From Trichodesmium erythraeum IMS101 (lineage in GTDB: Bacteria; Cyanobacteriota; Cyanobacteriia; Cyanobacteriales; Microcoleaceae): DNA of 32,000 nucleotides. The notes beneath the pieces are model-generated. The model saw only the letters and a program-made list of their open reading frames with translations, did no database searches and was not told the origin of the DNA. The translations under genes and the position numbers were made by a program. The stretch spans positions 2,130,001 through 2,162,000 of the forward strand of contig NC_008312.1 of assembly GCF_000014265.1 (NCBI RefSeq). The letters run 5' to 3'. Of this stretch, positions 29,601 to 32,000 are shown one piece after another (the stretch's first letter is position 1; every line of letters begins with the position of its first letter).

Positions 29601-30512
29601 TTATAAGTCTCCTTTTTTCCGAAATCTTGCTAATTCTATTGTAGTCAAAAAAGCTAATAAAAAGCGGGCGGAAACTTCCGCTGCATATTGACGAAATTTA
29701 TCACTTTTATCATAATCAGCATAATCTTGAACTCCCTTGACAATAATTATGGGAATTTCCTCAATTTCTGCTACTGCACCAATAGCTGCACCTTCCATTT
29801 CTACTCCTAATATTTTCCGTTGTAATTTTTCGATACGTTGGAAAAGTTGGGGGTCTTTTTGTACTTTATTTGTAGTAGCAATTACCCCTGTATGAATTTG
29901 TGGATATGATGGGTCTTTATAGCGTTGTTCTTCTAAATATTCTAGTCGTTCATTGTTAATTTCTTTCTGAGCTTTTTCGGTTAATTCCAAGGAGTCTGTT
30001 TTTAATAATTCTTTTTCTCTTAATTGTTGAATTACTTTTCTCTAATCTGGGCATTCTGTTGGTCTTTCTGGGTGCTGGTCAGGACGTGAATATTTGTATG
30101 GTTGTTGTTTAAAATCATAGAGTTTGTGGAGTAACCAACGTTCTTGATGATAGTCAGATTTTGGTCTAGGAGTTTGAATAGTATTTAGCCAATCTTGGGG
30201 AAATTCTTGAATGATAAATTCCCATTGGCGTTTCAAGTTATAAGTGCGAATATCATGGAATATTTCTTCAGTAAAAATTTGTTTATCACCTATTGATTCG
30301 TAATGAGTAACAAGTTTACCATAGTCAAATTTAAAGACTCGATTTGCAACAATTACATCACCTAAAAAAGTCTTTTTTTTATTACCTGCACAAACTCCGG
30401 TCATTGCTAAACAACGAGGTTTTAATTCTGAAATAAGTCGAGTGACTAGATTATTAGTGTAGTTTTCTCCCATTTCTACAGGACGAGCTGCTGCTATATT
30501 TAATCGCGTACC
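29601..30512 (-). pseudogene. 5'-truncated, nonsense-bearing paralogue of the nucleosidase gene 25551..27032
   Basis: ORFs 30042..30473 and 29601..29990 are about 93% identical in protein to the C-terminal two-thirds of the 493-aa protein. TGG->TAG at 30043-30045 (ECPD*RKVIQQ versus ECPDWRKVIQQ). Homology starts abruptly at about 30512. The adaptor domain and the first part of the PNP fold are missing. Confidence 0.85.
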
Positions 30513-32000
30513 ATATATCTAAGTTTTGATAATAAATCTATATTTATTACATTATCAATTAAACTCTTTATATTAACTTCATTATAAGGATGATTCTCAC
30601 AGGTAGTTTTTAGTCTACCATTACGAATCCATTCTTTTAATTTTTCAAGTTTATAAAAATGTGGATTCTGGCTATTTTTACAAGCAGCACAAGTACAAGG
30701 AAATAAGTGATTATATTTGAGTCGATTATTATAGGAACTGTGAATTTTATCTAATAGGTAAGTTACGAGAGTCATTAAAGCCCGTTTTTGTCGTCCAGAA
30801 ACCCTAATTTTTATTTCTCTTCTGTCGTAATATTCAATTACCTCTGCTCTGGTTTCATTTTGCTTGATAATAACTCCCCTTTTCCAAACATATTTCTGTT
30901 GTTCAATATCTCGGTGCATATCTACAATAAACTGAGTGATAATTCCTCTGGGCATAAATTTGTAGGTGTAACGTAAAATCAAATTGTTATTTTCATCCCA
31001 GTCATATTCTGGTTGATTTTCTGTTAAAAGTTGAGGGGCAATATAGGTCTGAGAATTACCAAGAATTTTATAACATAGTTTAAATCTAATCATTAACTGG
31101 AGTAGTTCATCGCGCATATCCACATATTTTTCTTCATTCCAGATATTGGTTAAATCATCTTTGGTGAATTTGCCGAAGTTATTATAAACTGTCGGATTAT
31201 CTAAGATTTTATAAACTGCCGCTATTCCCCATTCTGGTTTGAGAATAACTGTTTTATTTAACAGTGGGTTATCCTGAAAATGAAGACAAATTCCTAAGTC
31301 ATGTAAATAGCGACTTAACTGTAATTTATACTCCAATTTTGTCAAGCCATTTTGTTTACAAATAGATAAATATTCTTCTAGACTAATATAGTTACGGGAG
31401 TCTAATTCTAAGATTTCCCGGACTTGTTTCCAAGTTTTAGGTAAACTACTGCCAATATGGGGTAATTCACTAATATGATGTTCGATTTCTCTGATAATTT
31501 CTTCTAAACCGCGATTAGTTTCAAGGTTGGTAGCTAAGATTTCTTTAATGTTAGTAAATTGCCCTTGCAATCCCCGTTGATTAATTTCTCGTTGCCGTTC
31601 ATGTTTCTCATTTTTCACAATTAATAAGGGGCTATTATCGCTTAATAATTCTACTACATTGAGCCAATAATAAAAGTCTGTATCTTCTTTGCGAGTATCA
31701 ACGACAAGGATATATAGAGAGCGTTTTGTTAAGAAAAATTGGTGGGTAGTGTGATAAATTTCTTGTCCGCCAAAATCCCAAATATTTATTTGAAAGTCAT
31801 TTTGGTTTTTTGTCTTAAAGTTGTACTGATAAACTTCAATTCCTTTGGTTGTATCTTCATCTTTGAGTTGATAGTTTGGGTTGATAATTTTATTAGCTAA
31901 AGCTGTTTTACCAGCTCCAGCTTCTCCAACAATTAGTAATTTAGCTTCACAGATATAATCTATTCCTTTTTCTGGAGGAAACTCTGCCAAAAACTTTTTA
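30500..32000 (-). CDS. Roc-COR (ROCO-type) GTPase, partial: N-terminal part lies beyond the window edge
   Basis: P-loop GEAGAGKT (31904-31927), switch II DFGGQ (31763-31777), then about 300 aa of COR-like sequence (LPKTW..VR..L, YLHDLGICLHF, ILKPEW, APQLL). The reading frame stays open from 31990 to base 32000 (..KKFLAEFPPEKG), so the track's M at 31990 is a TTG inside the ORF. Confidence 0.8.
   Translation of the reverse strand, partial: KKFLAEFPPEKGIDYICEAKLLIVGEAGAGKTALANKIINPNYQLKDEDTTKGIEVYQYNFKTKNQNDFQINIWDFGGQEIYHTTHQFFLTKRSLYILVVDTRKEDTDFYYWLNVVELLSDNSPLLIVKNEKHERQREINQRGLQGQFTNIKEILATNLETNRGLEEIIREIEHHISELPHIGSSLPKTWKQVREILELDSRNYISLEEYLSICKQNGLTKLEYKLQLSRYLHDLGICLHFQDNPLLNKTVILKPEWGIAAVYKILDNPTVYNNFGKFTKDDLTNIWNEEKYVDMRDELLQLMIRFKLCYKILGNSQTYIAPQLLTENQPEYDWDENNNLILRYTYKFMPRGIITQFIVDMHRDIEQQKYVWKRGVIIKQNETRAEVIEYYDRREIKIRVSGRQKRALMTLVTYLLDKIHSSYNNRLKYNHLFPCTCAACKNSQNPHFYKLEKLKEWIRNGRLKTTCENHPYNEVNIKSLIDNVINIDLLSKLRYMVRD

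Noticed and set aside
30042-30473. 143-aa and 129-aa ORFs (30042..30473, 29601..29990) as functional split nucleosidase genes.
   Set aside because: They start at internal Met residues of the parental frame and are separated by a TGG->TAG nonsense codon. They lack the first strands of the fold and the adaptor domain, and the segment is joined out of frame to the upstream gene. Treated as one pseudogene.

Overview
AT-rich window from a filamentous (Nostocales-type) cyanobacterium. The HIP1 octamer GCGATCGC occurs at least 14 times (for example near 56, 4397, 8020, 10476, 11866, 15236, 15684, 15800, 21397, 21521, 23405, 24462, 25453). The gene content also fits: XisI, Uma2, a CikA-like kinase and Nostoc-type IS families. 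The window has three parts. (1) About 0.7-13.3 kb is an insertion-sequence graveyard. It holds a decayed IS1-family element split by a MITE, a tnpB fragment with a 376-bp tandem duplication, glycosyltransferase and xisI pseudogenes, one intact TPR gene and an IS630 remnant. It also holds an IS630-family element carrying nested IS701-family and IS5-family insertions, and an IS4-family element with about 100-bp terminal inverted repeats carrying a second IS5-family insertion. Several insertion junctions resolve to the base, with target-site duplications. (2) About 13.8-24.2 kb is housekeeping: recR, a nanE-like epimerase, a GAF hybrid histidine kinase, a sulfotransferase and a 909-aa DHH-CBS-nucleotidyltransferase, separated by long AT-rich spacers. 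(3) About 25.5-32 kb, all on the minus strand, is the most interesting part. It contains a Roc-COR GTPase gene that runs off the window edge and a truncated, nonsense-bearing nucleosidase paralogue. A tnpB-only IS200/IS605 element follows. Last come two intact genes that share an N-terminal adaptor-like module of about 110 aa but carry different C-terminal domains. One C-terminal domain is unassignable; the other is a PNP/MTAN-fold nucleosidase. I read this as a candidate NTPase-coupled conflict/defence locus with a nucleotide-cleaving effector, partly eroded and visibly rearranged at module boundaries. Domain and family names come from motif recognition by eye. No database search was run.
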